The translations under genes and the position numbers were made by a program. Of a DNA stretch of 51,795 bases, positions 41,902-49,700 are shown in pieces; position 1 is the first letter of the stretch, and each line of letters opens with the position of its first letter. Location of the stretch: NCBI GenBank assembly GCA_050186055.1, contig JBFWYV010000001.1:1-51795 (forward strand), given 5' to 3'. The stretch comes from Hyphomicrobiaceae bacterium. Its GTDB lineage: Bacteria; Pseudomonadota; Alphaproteobacteria; Rhizobiales; Hyphomicrobiaceae. The notes under the pieces were generated by a model. The model saw only the letters and a list, made by a program, of their open reading frames with translations. It had not been told where the DNA came from and searched no databases.

Positions 41902-43275
41902 TCACTCGGGCATCCTCGTTTTCCAGGATTGCAGCCCGGTTTCATCGAATGAAATACGCTGGCAGCGATAGCCTGCACCCTCCATCGCGGTCTCGAAGTG
42001 GTATCGATGGAAGGGGCGGGTGTAAAACAGAAAGTAGCCGCCGCCGCCGGCACCAAGGAGCTTGCCTCCGATCGCGTGGTTGACGGCAGCGAAATCGTAG
42101 ATCTTGTCGATCTCGCCGTTGCTGATGGCCGAACTGAACTGGCGTTTGACCTGCCAGGCTTCGTCCAGCAAGCAGCCATAGTCGAGAAGACGTCCCCGCA
42201 GCAGCAGCTTTTTCATCTCCCGCGTGATGTCCTTCTGGCGCTCCGCGAGCTGCTTGATGTCGCGGCTCTCGGCCATGCTCTGCCTCTGATCGCGATGCAC
42301 CGCGCCCGAATCGTGCAGCTTGCCGGTGAACACCAGGACCAGGCTTTCCTCGAGTTCGCGCAGGGTTCGTGTTTCGAGCCTCAGTGGTACAACCTCGTTG
42401 TGGTCGGAGGTGAACTCCATGAAGTTGAAGCCGCCGAACACCGTCGCATACTGATCCTGCCAGCCTCCGGGGATGTTGAGCAGCAGCCGCTCCGATTGAA
42501 AGGCCATCTCCGCGATTTCGTGCCGGTCCCAGCGGTCGGCGCGGAACTCGTTGAAGCAGCCGATGACGGCCGACGTCACCGCCGCCGAGCCGCCGAGCCC
42601 CGAGCCGACAGGGAAGTCTGCGGCGACCTCGAGATCGAAGCCAAATCCGGGATCGATCAGGCGCACGACGGCCTTGAGCAGGTCGAGCCGGCCGTCAAAC
42701 GCCAGATCCTGCACGGAGGCGGCATTGACCGCATCGCGGAAGTCGTGCGAATAGATCCTCACGCCCTTGTTCGGCCGGCGCCTGAGACTGGCGTGGGCGA
42801 AGAGCTGCACGGTCGTGTTGATCACGACTCCGCCGTTCTCGTCGAAATAGTGGGTGAGATCGGTGCCTCCGCCGCCGAAGCTGATTCGGGCCGGCGACCG
42901 CGAGCGGCTGTAGACCTCGCGCTCTTCCTCGAGCTGAAACCGCTCGCGGGTGTAGACGTCGGCGAGCCGCCCGGCGCTGTCGAGCACTGGCACCGAGTGG
43001 ATCCGGTGGTCGAGAAGCTTGAGGATGTTCTCGCGCGGCGTGCCGACTTTCGCAGATACGAAGCGGCGGTTCATGCAATGCGACACCGGCAGCTTGATAT
43101 CGCGCGTCTTGAGCAGAAATCGCCGTATGTCGCCGTCCGTCACACTTCCGGTGATGCACTGGTCAAGGTCGCAGGCGAACAGGATTCTCAGCTTGTTCGC
43201 ATTGAGCCGGTGCAACGCCTCCTCGATCGGCTGGCTCTCACCCACCGTCCACGACTCGCGCTCAGCCGCCGACAT
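41902..43275 (-). CDS. Fusion protein: N-terminal CBS-domain pair + GHMP sugar kinase (HddA / D-glycero-D-manno-heptose-7-P kinase-like, COG2605 type)
   Basis: CBS region: ILFACDLDQCITGSVTDGDIRRFLL ... SVPVLDSAGRLADVYT. Kinase: RISFGGGGTDL, PVGSGLGGSAAV (GHMP motif II), GKLLGAGGGGYFLFY (motif III). Confidence 0.75.
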   Translation of the reverse strand: MSAAERESWTVGESQPIEEALHRLNANKLRILFACDLDQCITGSVTDGDIRRFLLKTRDIKLPVSHCMNRRFVSAKVGTPRENILKLLDHRIHSVPVLDSAGRLADVYTRERFQLEEEREVYSRSRSPARISFGGGGTDLTHYFDENGGVVINTTVQLFAHASLRRRPNKGVRIYSHDFRDAVNAASVQDLAFDGRLDLLKAVVRLIDPGFGFDLEVAADFPVGSGLGGSAAVTSAVIGCFNEFRADRWDRHEIAEMAFQSERLLLNIPGGWQDQYATVFGGFNFMEFTSDHNEVVPLRLETRTLRELEESLVLVFTGKLHDSGAVHRDQRQSMAESRDIKQLAERQKDITREMKKLLLRGRLLDYGCLLDEAWQVKRQFSSAISNGEIDKIYDFAAVNHAIGGKLLGAGGGGYFLFYTRPFHRYHFETAMEGAGYRCQRISFDETGLQSWKTRMPE

Positions 43276-43358
43276 CGCTGCTGCCCTTCCGACCCGTCAA
43301 AGGTATATTGCCTCACGGCGTTTCTAGTCGCGCCGACACCACACGAACAAGCCGCAAC

Positions 43359-43405
43359 CGGGCAAAATACCCAACAATGCGGGCAATATGCGGCCAAAAT
43401 ACCAA
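43359..43405 (-). promoter_or_regulatory. Phased direct repeats in the AT-richer region upstream of the first gene of the glycan operon (candidate operator/promoter)
   Basis: On the plus strand, cgggcaaaataccca (43359-43373) and cggccaaaataccaa (43391-43405) match 13/15. A partial third copy, cgggcaatatg, lies at 43380-43390. The spacings of 21 and 11 nt sit 84-130 nt upstream of ATG 43275. Confidence 0.3.
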
Positions 43406-43422
43406 GCCGTGGCGGCCCCGCT

Positions 43423-44064
43423 TCAGCCGCCGCGACGGCGTAGCGTGACGTACAGCGCCCCCTCCCCGCCATGGCGGGCATGCGCTGCCGCGTAACTGAT
43501 CACCAGTCCGCGCAGTTGCGGCGACCCAAGCCAGCGCGGGACATTGCGGCGCAACACCCCGCGATCGCGACCGAAATTGTCTCCGTCACGCGTGCTTCTG
43601 CCCTGCGGCGCACCTTTCCCGGTTATGATCAGCACGGTCTTCAGGCCATCCGCCGCGGCGCGGTGAAGAAATTGCGATAGCGCGCCGTGTGCTTCGTCCT
43701 GGGTCATGCCATGAAGGTCCAACCGCGCTTCGATCTCGATGCCGCCGCGTGCGATGCGCCGCGCCTTGCGCCGCTCCAGCACGACCATCTGCGGCTCATC
43801 TTGAACCTCGCGCGCAGCCCGCTTGCCCTCAGGCCGCGAAGGCTTGGCTGGAGGAGCCGGCCGCGCCTCCACGGGGTCGGGTGTCCTCGTCCTCTGCGGG
43901 CGCGCCGCTGCGTCGCCGCCGCTCGTGGCATCGTTTCGCATATCGACGGGCGCAACCCTCGTCTTGCTCACGGTCCGGCGCACGTCGCGCGTGACATGAC
44001 GCCAAAGTGCGGCGTCCTCCTCGCTGAGGCCGCGTGGCCGACGCCGGTCGCCGCCCCCTGCCAT
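43423..44064 (-). CDS. Smr/MutS2-family (Smr domain) protein
   Basis: LDLHGMTQDEAHGAL..LIITGKG..GVLRRNVPRWL..GGEGALYV. ATG 44064 shares one nt with the mltA stop (TGATG). The track start at 44085 is 7 codons longer. Confidence 0.8.
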   Translation of the reverse strand: MAGGGDRRRPRGLSEEDAALWRHVTRDVRRTVSKTRVAPVDMRNDATSGGDAAARPQRTRTPDPVEARPAPPAKPSRPEGKRAAREVQDEPQMVVLERRKARRIARGGIEIEARLDLHGMTQDEAHGALSQFLHRAAADGLKTVLIITGKGAPQGRSTRDGDNFGRDRGVLRRNVPRWLGSPQLRGLVISYAAAHARHGGEGALYVTLRRRGG

Positions 44065-45203
44065 CAGTCCGCCTGTCTGCTGCACGGTCGTTCGACCGGT
44101 TTCAGCACGTAGAACGAGCCCTTGTGCTTGGTGATGCCAGCCTTCGCACCGGCGCCATCGCCGGAACCGAAGTAGATATCGCCGCGTTCCGGTCCGGCGA
44201 TCGCCGAACCGACATCCTGCGCAATCATCAATCGTCTGAAGGCCCGGCCGTTGCCCGCATGCGTCAGCGTCGGCGCATCGACGAACACCGGCATCCCCAG
44301 CGTATGTGTCGAGCCGTCGACGGCCAGGCTGCGCCCCGGCGTCAGCGGGATATCGAGCGCCCCGTGCGGACTGTCCGCCTCGCGACCGGTGAGGGCCCGG
44401 AAGAACACGAAGGATTCGTTGTGCTGCATGACTTTGCGGCCGCGCTCTCGATCGGCCCGCAGATAGGCCCCGAGCGATTGCAGGGACATTGCCGCAAGGG
44501 TCATCGCGCCCTGCTCGATCAGGCGGCGGCCGACAGACCGGTAGGGATGCCCGTTCTTGCCGTCGTAGGTGATGCGCAGCCTCGACCCGTCGGTGAGCCG
44601 CACGAGCCCGGATCCCTGAACCTGCACGAAAAACGCATCGACCGGATCCGCCAGCCAGATCAGCTCCAGCCCTTGGCCGGCAAGCGCTCCAGCCTCGATC
44701 TCACGCCGGGTGAAATAGGGAACGAGGCCGTCGGCAGTGCGACGCTTATGCGTGGCGCCGATGCCGGGCGCAGCCCGCAGCACGTCGTCGGTCACCGCCT
44801 CCAGATCGGGAGGCCGCCGATACAGCGGCACGTTGAACTGGTCGGTCCGTTCGCGCGCCCCGACCAGTACCGGTTCGAAATACCCTGTCAACAGCCCCTG
44901 CCGGTCCGGCTGGCTGAGGCGGTACGGCCGGAAATAATGCTCGAAGAATCCGCGCGCCTCGTCTGTGCCGACGCGCCGCCCGGACCGCACACGCGCCTGC
45001 GCCGCCGCGCAGGCACGCAGAAGTGCCATATCGCTCGACCACGAGGCTCCTGCCCCCTGCGATCTCGCCCGCTGCTCGACGGCAGCGCATGATTTCAGAA
45101 ACGCCCGGAACGCCGCCGCGTGATTGTCCACATCCCAGCCGGGGACATCGGAGTAGCAGGCTGCATGGTAGCGCAGCTCCTGTCCCTCCGCCGGGCGGTG
45201 CAT
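44064..45203 (-). CDS. mltA: Murein transglycosylase A
   Basis: FFEHYFRPY, LLTGYFEP, PYFTRREIE, the 3D-domain GRSLAVD, and GAKAGI..KGSFYVL. Confidence 0.85.
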   Translation of the reverse strand: MHRPAEGQELRYHAACYSDVPGWDVDNHAAAFRAFLKSCAAVEQRARSQGAGASWSSDMALLRACAAAQARVRSGRRVGTDEARGFFEHYFRPYRLSQPDRQGLLTGYFEPVLVGARERTDQFNVPLYRRPPDLEAVTDDVLRAAPGIGATHKRRTADGLVPYFTRREIEAGALAGQGLELIWLADPVDAFFVQVQGSGLVRLTDGSRLRITYDGKNGHPYRSVGRRLIEQGAMTLAAMSLQSLGAYLRADRERGRKVMQHNESFVFFRALTGREADSPHGALDIPLTPGRSLAVDGSTHTLGMPVFVDAPTLTHAGNGRAFRRLMIAQDVGSAIAGPERGDIYFGSGDGAGAKAGITKHKGSFYVLKPVERPCSRQAD

Positions 45204-45208
45204 TGCAT

Positions 45209-45940
45209 TCAGCCCGCCGACTGCGTCGCAACCAGCCGCCAGTTGGGATTTCTCGTGGAGACGTCGCGCGCAAAGCTCCAGATATCGGTGACGTCGGCAA
45301 TCTTCTGCGGATCGCCAGCGATCACCTCTCCATTGCTGTCGCGTGTGGCCGAAATGAGCTGGCTATCGAACTTCACGGTCACGACGGCCTGTCCGTTCTT
45401 GAGCTCGGCCTCCACGATATCCGCTTTGCTGATGCCGACGAAGCTCTGGTCGATGACCTCGCCGCGCTTCTCGCGCTCGGCGATCGCCGCCGAAAAGCCT
45501 TCCATCACGTCGCGGCTGAGCAAGTCCTTCAGCATCTTCCGATTGCCCTCCGCGAAAGCGGTGACGATCATCTCGTAGGCCTGCTTGGCGCCGGTCAGGA
45601 AGTGCTCCGGATCGAACGAGCGGTCGGCGCGTAGAATGGCAAGCAGCCCGTTTTCGATCGCTGGATCGGTTGCGAAGGTCTTCACGCGGGCTTCGGCGTC
45701 GGCCAGTGTGGTTTGGTTGTTGCCGCCCTGCGAACTGGCGGCATCCTCCCGCTCGCGGCGCGGCAGCGCTACCACTTTGCCTTGCGCCGCGGCGGCACGC
45801 TCACGCTCTGCGCGCGCCCGGACCTGCCGGTCGATCCGCGCCTCATCGTCTTGCGTACGCCGGCCCAGGACGCTCCTGAGCTTCCAGATCGCGATCAGCG
45901 CCACAACGATGGAGATCAGAGTAATCAGATTACCGTCCAT
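45209..45940 (-). CDS. Tim44-like domain-containing membrane protein
   Basis: An N-terminal TM (LITLISIVVALIAIW) and a charged linker are followed by a C-terminal Tim44-like fold (FDPEHFLTGAKQAYEMIVTAFAEGNRKMLKDLLS..WSFARDV..NPNWRLVAT). Confidence 0.8.
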   Translation of the reverse strand: MDGNLITLISIVVALIAIWKLRSVLGRRTQDDEARIDRQVRARAERERAAAAQGKVVALPRREREDAASSQGGNNQTTLADAEARVKTFATDPAIENGLLAILRADRSFDPEHFLTGAKQAYEMIVTAFAEGNRKMLKDLLSRDVMEGFSAAIAEREKRGEVIDQSFVGISKADIVEAELKNGQAVVTVKFDSQLISATRDSNGEVIAGDPQKIADVTDIWSFARDVSTRNPNWRLVATQSAG

Positions 45941-46311
45941 GGAGGTGCTTTCTCGAAAGGGAACTGTCGTCTACCCATATGTGGTCTACGCTGAACCGGC
46001 GCCAGAGGTAGGTCGGGCGTGCACGGCTCCTGATGCCTAATTCTGCGCACGATTTGTGCGCACGATGCCGAAAGCTTCGGCCCGTGCCCGCCGCTCGTGC
46101 TATACAGGGCGCGGCGGGGCCGGCACCGGAGTGGAGCCACGGAGACCGTCTTCCCGCGCAATCGAGCTCCTGGTCGCCAATGCCCCCGGGTTCAATGGCA
46201 ATCTAGGCGGTTTGGGCGGCTTTCGCCAACAAATTTGACCGGCTCCTTGAAGCGTTCTTCCTGAGCAGTTGATCTCGGTTGCGGACGCAACGACATCGTC
46301 TCGGATACCTG

Positions 46312-46872
46312 ATGCGGATCGCTATCATCCTCTTCGTGCTGGCGCTGCCCTTCGTGGAACTGGCCCTGCTGATCAAGGTCGGCCAGTTGATCGGCTTCTG
46401 GTGGACGATGTTGATCATTCTGGGAACAGCCGTTGGCGGCGGCCTGATCGTGCACGAGCAGGGGTTCAGCACCCTGCGCCGCGCACAGGCGGCCGTCAGC
46501 GAAGGGCGTCTGCCGGTCGAGCCGGTGATCGACGGTGTATTCCTTATGTTTGCGGGCGGACTTCTGGTCGCGCCGGGTTTGATCACCGACACCGTGGGGG
46601 CGCTGCTCCTCATCCCACCTTTGCGTCGCAGGATCGCGCGCTGGCTGTTTCATCAATTGCTGCACAACGCGGAGGTTCACGTTCGGACCTCGACGTATGA
46701 CGGGCGCGGACCCGACGGTGGTGACCCTCGTCATGCACGGCGGCCCGACGGCCGCCGTGGCGAAGGGGATGGCGGGGGGATTGTCATCGATGGCGAATGG
46801 GAGCGCGTCGACGATCCCAAACCGGGAAGCCGGAAGCCGGGTCCCGGCGGCAAGCAGAACCGGCTGCGGTAG
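46312..46872 (+). CDS. fxsA: FxsA family membrane protein
   Basis: MRIAIILFVLALPFVELALLIKVG..GLLVAPGLITDTVGALLLIPPLRR. ATG 46312 is preferred over the 46279 extension. Confidence 0.8.
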   Translation: MRIAIILFVLALPFVELALLIKVGQLIGFWWTMLIILGTAVGGGLIVHEQGFSTLRRAQAAVSEGRLPVEPVIDGVFLMFAGGLLVAPGLITDTVGALLLIPPLRRRIARWLFHQLLHNAEVHVRTSTYDGRGPDGGDPRHARRPDGRRGEGDGGGIVIDGEWERVDDPKPGSRKPGPGGKQNRLR

Positions 46873-47017
46873 GACCAGCGCGCGCGACGCCGCCCGTTCG
46901 GAGGCTATCGGCCGCGCTTGAGCCGATTGCTCAAATCCCGATAACCATGATAGCCACCGCAGGGAGCAACGGCGTGTATTTGGCCCGCCAAGACCAGGAG
47001 CGAGGAAACCTCTACCG

Positions 47018-47512
47018 ATGAACGACTCCTCAAACGGTGCCCAGCCGGGCAATGCCGCCGATTCCGAGCAGCAGGGCGTCCAGATCCGCATCGCCGCTCA
47101 GTACGTGAAGGACCTGTCGTTCGAGAATCCCAATATTGAGCGACTGCTGTCCGGTCCCGGCGACAATCCCAACCTCAATGTCGAGGTCAACGTCAATTCC
47201 AGGCCGATGGCCGAGAATCTCTACGAAAGCGCCATCCACTTCACGGCCCAGGCCGTCAGCACGCAGGGCGTGATCTACGATTTCGAGGTCGTCTACGCCG
47301 GCCTCTTCCATCTCGAAAATCTGCCGCAGGAAGCGCTTGAGCCGTTCATGCTGGTCAACGCGCCGACGCTTCTCTTCCCGTTCCTGCGACGGCTGGTCGC
47401 GGACGTGACCCGCGAAGGCGGCTTCCCGCCGCTGCTGCTCGATCCGATCGACTTTGCGCAGCTCTACCTGCAGCGCCAGCAGCAGGCTCAAGCCGGTAAC
47501 GACAATGGCTGA
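47018..47512 (+). CDS. secB: Protein-export chaperone SecB
   Basis: IRIAAQYVKDLSFENPN..FEVVYAGLF..APTLLFPFLRRLVADVTREGGFPPLLLDPIDF. Confidence 0.95.
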   Translation: MNDSSNGAQPGNAADSEQQGVQIRIAAQYVKDLSFENPNIERLLSGPGDNPNLNVEVNVNSRPMAENLYESAIHFTAQAVSTQGVIYDFEVVYAGLFHLENLPQEALEPFMLVNAPTLLFPFLRRLVADVTREGGFPPLLLDPIDFAQLYLQRQQQAQAGNDNG

Positions 47513-47532
47513 GTTGGACGGGCTAAAGCAAC

Positions 47533-47585
47533 GGACTTGAAATTCACCTCAGTTCGAGGCTAGGCGGGGAGTGAATTTCAAGTCC
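47533..47585. terminator. Perfect 15-bp inverted repeat between convergent secB and dnaQ
   Basis: ggacttgaaattcac (47533-47547) pairs perfectly with gtgaatttcaagtcc (47571-47585) around a 23-nt loop. Flanking ctaaagcaac / gttgttttag extend the pairing imperfectly. Confidence 0.55.
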
Positions 47586-47638
47586 AAAGTTGTTTTAGAG
47601 TCGTCTCTCCAGACGTCCCGGGCGGTCACCGCGGCCGG

Positions 47639-48373
47639 CTATTGAACCGCCTTGGCCTGTTCGTCCTGCTCCGCAGGCAGATACTTCCACCAGAGCGCGT
47701 TTTCGCCGAGCGTCGCGACGAACTGGCGATGCGCCTCGATATCCGCATCAGTAAGGCGCGGTGCCAACGGGCGCGGACGTGTACGCGGCGTTGCTGCACG
47801 AATGAGCTCGCCGTCACCCTGTTCCGCGGTCTTCGCCAGTCCAAGGACGGCCTGCCGCTCGCCCAGCAACTCGACGTAGACGTCGGCCAGCAGGCTCGCG
47901 TCCATCAGCGCGCCGTGCTTCACGCGCTTCGAATTGTCGATGCCATATCGTTTGCACAGGGCATCGAGCGTGTTCGGCCCCGCCGGATGCTTGCGGCGAG
48001 CGATCGCCAGGGTGTCCACCACCCGATCGGGCGTGATCGGCGGCTGCCCGATCAGTTCCAGCTCCATGTTGATGAAGCCCATGTCGAAACTGGCATTGTG
48101 AATGACGAGCTGTCCGTCATCTCCAACGAAGTCGATGAAGGCGTTAGCGACCTCGGGAAACGGAGGTTTGTCGGTGAGAAAGGTGTCTGAGATGCCATGG
48201 ATGCGCTCCGCGTCCGGATGAACGGCGCGTCCCTGCGGATTGATGTAGACATGAAACTCGCGCCCGGTCGGAATGCGGTTCAGCAACTCGATACAGCCGA
48301 TTTCAATCAGCCGGTCCCCTTTGCGGGCATCGAGCCCGGTCGTTTCCGTGTCGAGCACGATATCGCGCAGCAT
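47639..48373 (-). CDS. dnaQ: DNA polymerase III subunit epsilon (3'-5' exonuclease)
   Basis: Exo I is VLDTETTGL, Exo II is HNASFDMGF, and Exo III is HGALMDASLLADVY. ATG 48373 (MLRDIV) avoids overlap with coaE. Confidence 0.9.
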   Translation of the reverse strand: MLRDIVLDTETTGLDARKGDRLIEIGCIELLNRIPTGREFHVYINPQGRAVHPDAERIHGISDTFLTDKPPFPEVANAFIDFVGDDGQLVIHNASFDMGFINMELELIGQPPITPDRVVDTLAIARRKHPAGPNTLDALCKRYGIDNSKRVKHGALMDASLLADVYVELLGERQAVLGLAKTAEQGDGELIRAATPRTRPRPLAPRLTDADIEAHRQFVATLGENALWWKYLPAEQDEQAKAVQ

Positions 48374-48405
48374 CCGATGTCCCCCGCCCGCCCCGCAATC
48401 GGGCA

Positions 48406-49020
48406 TCAGGCCCAATAGCGCTGGAAAGCCTGTCCCCTACGTCCCTTCAGCGACTCGATGATAGCATCGACGTCGGCCAGCGTCTGATCGAGAGGCTGGC
48501 CGGTATCCACAACGAAATCAGCGCGAGCGCGCTTGTGCCCATCCGGCAACTGCCGCGCGAGAATGGTGTCCAGCTTGTCTTGCGTCATTCCCGGTCTCTG
48601 CAGCACGCGCTCACGCTGGTGCTCGGCCGGTGCACTGACCACGATCGTCACATCGCAGCGATTGTCGCCGCCCGTCTCGAACAATAGGGGCACTTCCAGC
48701 ACGGCGACCTCGGCCCCCGCCCTGTAGGCCGCGCCGAGACATTCGCGCTCCGCGGCGGTGACGAGCGGATGCACGATGCTCTCGAGCTTCTTGAAGCCCG
48801 AGGGATCTGCGATCAGCAGCGCTGCCAGCTTCTGACGGTCGACCTTGCCTTCGCTCGTTGCCCCGGGAAATGCAGCCTCGATCGGCGCAACCGCGTCGTC
48901 CTCGTAAAGCTCATGCACCAGCGCGTCGGCGTCGCAGACCGGGATGCCCTTTTCGCGGAACCTGGCTGCAACCGTCGACTTTCCCATGCCGACCGAGCCG
49001 GTCAGCCCGATGATGAGCAT
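48406..49020 (-). CDS. coaE: Dephospho-CoA kinase
   Basis: MLIIGLTGSVGMGKST P-loop, VCDADALVHELY, IVHPLV. Confidence 0.9.
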   Translation of the reverse strand: MLIIGLTGSVGMGKSTVAARFREKGIPVCDADALVHELYEDDAVAPIEAAFPGATSEGKVDRQKLAALLIADPSGFKKLESIVHPLVTAAERECLGAAYRAGAEVAVLEVPLLFETGGDNRCDVTIVVSAPAEHQRERVLQRPGMTQDKLDTILARQLPDGHKRARADFVVDTGQPLDQTLADVDAIIESLKGRRGQAFQRYWA

Positions 49021-49075
49021 ACCTCGTTCCTCGCCTCGCGCCTCTGCCGCGGCAATATACCAGCCGCAGCCGATC

Positions 49076-49696
49076 TTAGAACGCCGCGTGCCCGTGTCGC
49101 CTCAGTTCGGCGAGCAATGGCAGCAGCGGCAAGCCGAGGATGGTGAAGTAGTCCCCTTCGATCCGCTGGAACAGGTTCACTCCGACGCCTTCCAGCTCAT
49201 AGCAGCCGACGCAGTTGAGCACACGGTCGCCGGCTCGCGTCAGATAGCTGTCGATCGCTTCGCCGGGCAGCTTCCTCATCGTCAGTCTTGCCTGATCGCA
49301 GTGCTGCCAGATCGTTTCGCCGCCTGTCGCCAGCACGACGCCGCAATGAAGCTCGTGCGTCGAGCCTGCCAGCATGGTGAGCGCGCTGCGTGCAGCCGCC
49401 ATGTCGTGCGCCTTGGTCAGAATTGTGTTGCCGAACGCCAGCACCTGGTCTGCTCCGATCACCAGGGCATGTGGAAATCGTTGGCTGACGTCCTCCGCTT
49501 TCGCGGCGGCCAATGTGCTCGCGATATCGGCGGGCGTGGCGGCAGGCGCGTCTCTCGCGATGGCATCGCGGACCTCGTCCTCGTCCACGCGCGCCGGCTC
49601 GACGCGCAGCCCGAGCCCTGCCGCTTGCAGCAGCGCCCTGCGCGCTGCGCTTTGCGACGCGAGAATCAGTCCCGCTCCATCATCGGCCTGTGGCAT
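49076..49696 (-). CDS. maf: Maf-family nucleoside triphosphate pyrophosphatase
   Basis: LILASQSAARRALLQAAGL..VDEDEV, VIGADQV, and CVGCYELEGVG near the C-terminus. ATG 49696 avoids overlap with the upstream regulator gene. Confidence 0.85.
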   Translation of the reverse strand: MPQADDGAGLILASQSAARRALLQAAGLGLRVEPARVDEDEVRDAIARDAPAATPADIASTLAAAKAEDVSQRFPHALVIGADQVLAFGNTILTKAHDMAAARSALTMLAGSTHELHCGVVLATGGETIWQHCDQARLTMRKLPGEAIDSYLTRAGDRVLNCVGCYELEGVGVNLFQRIEGDYFTILGLPLLPLLAELRRHGHAAF

Positions 49697-49700
49697 GCCG

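Noticed and set aside
39687-42083. Very long (798 aa) plus-strand ORF spanning the cytidylyltransferase and NeuB-fusion region
   Set aside because: Its composition is Arg/Ala/Gly/Pro-dominated with no recognisable motifs. It lies antisense to two minus-strand genes that carry clear catalytic motifs. This is the typical high-GC shadow ORF. The same applies to 41998..43443 +, 12131..13249 -, 8528..9385 - and similar entries.
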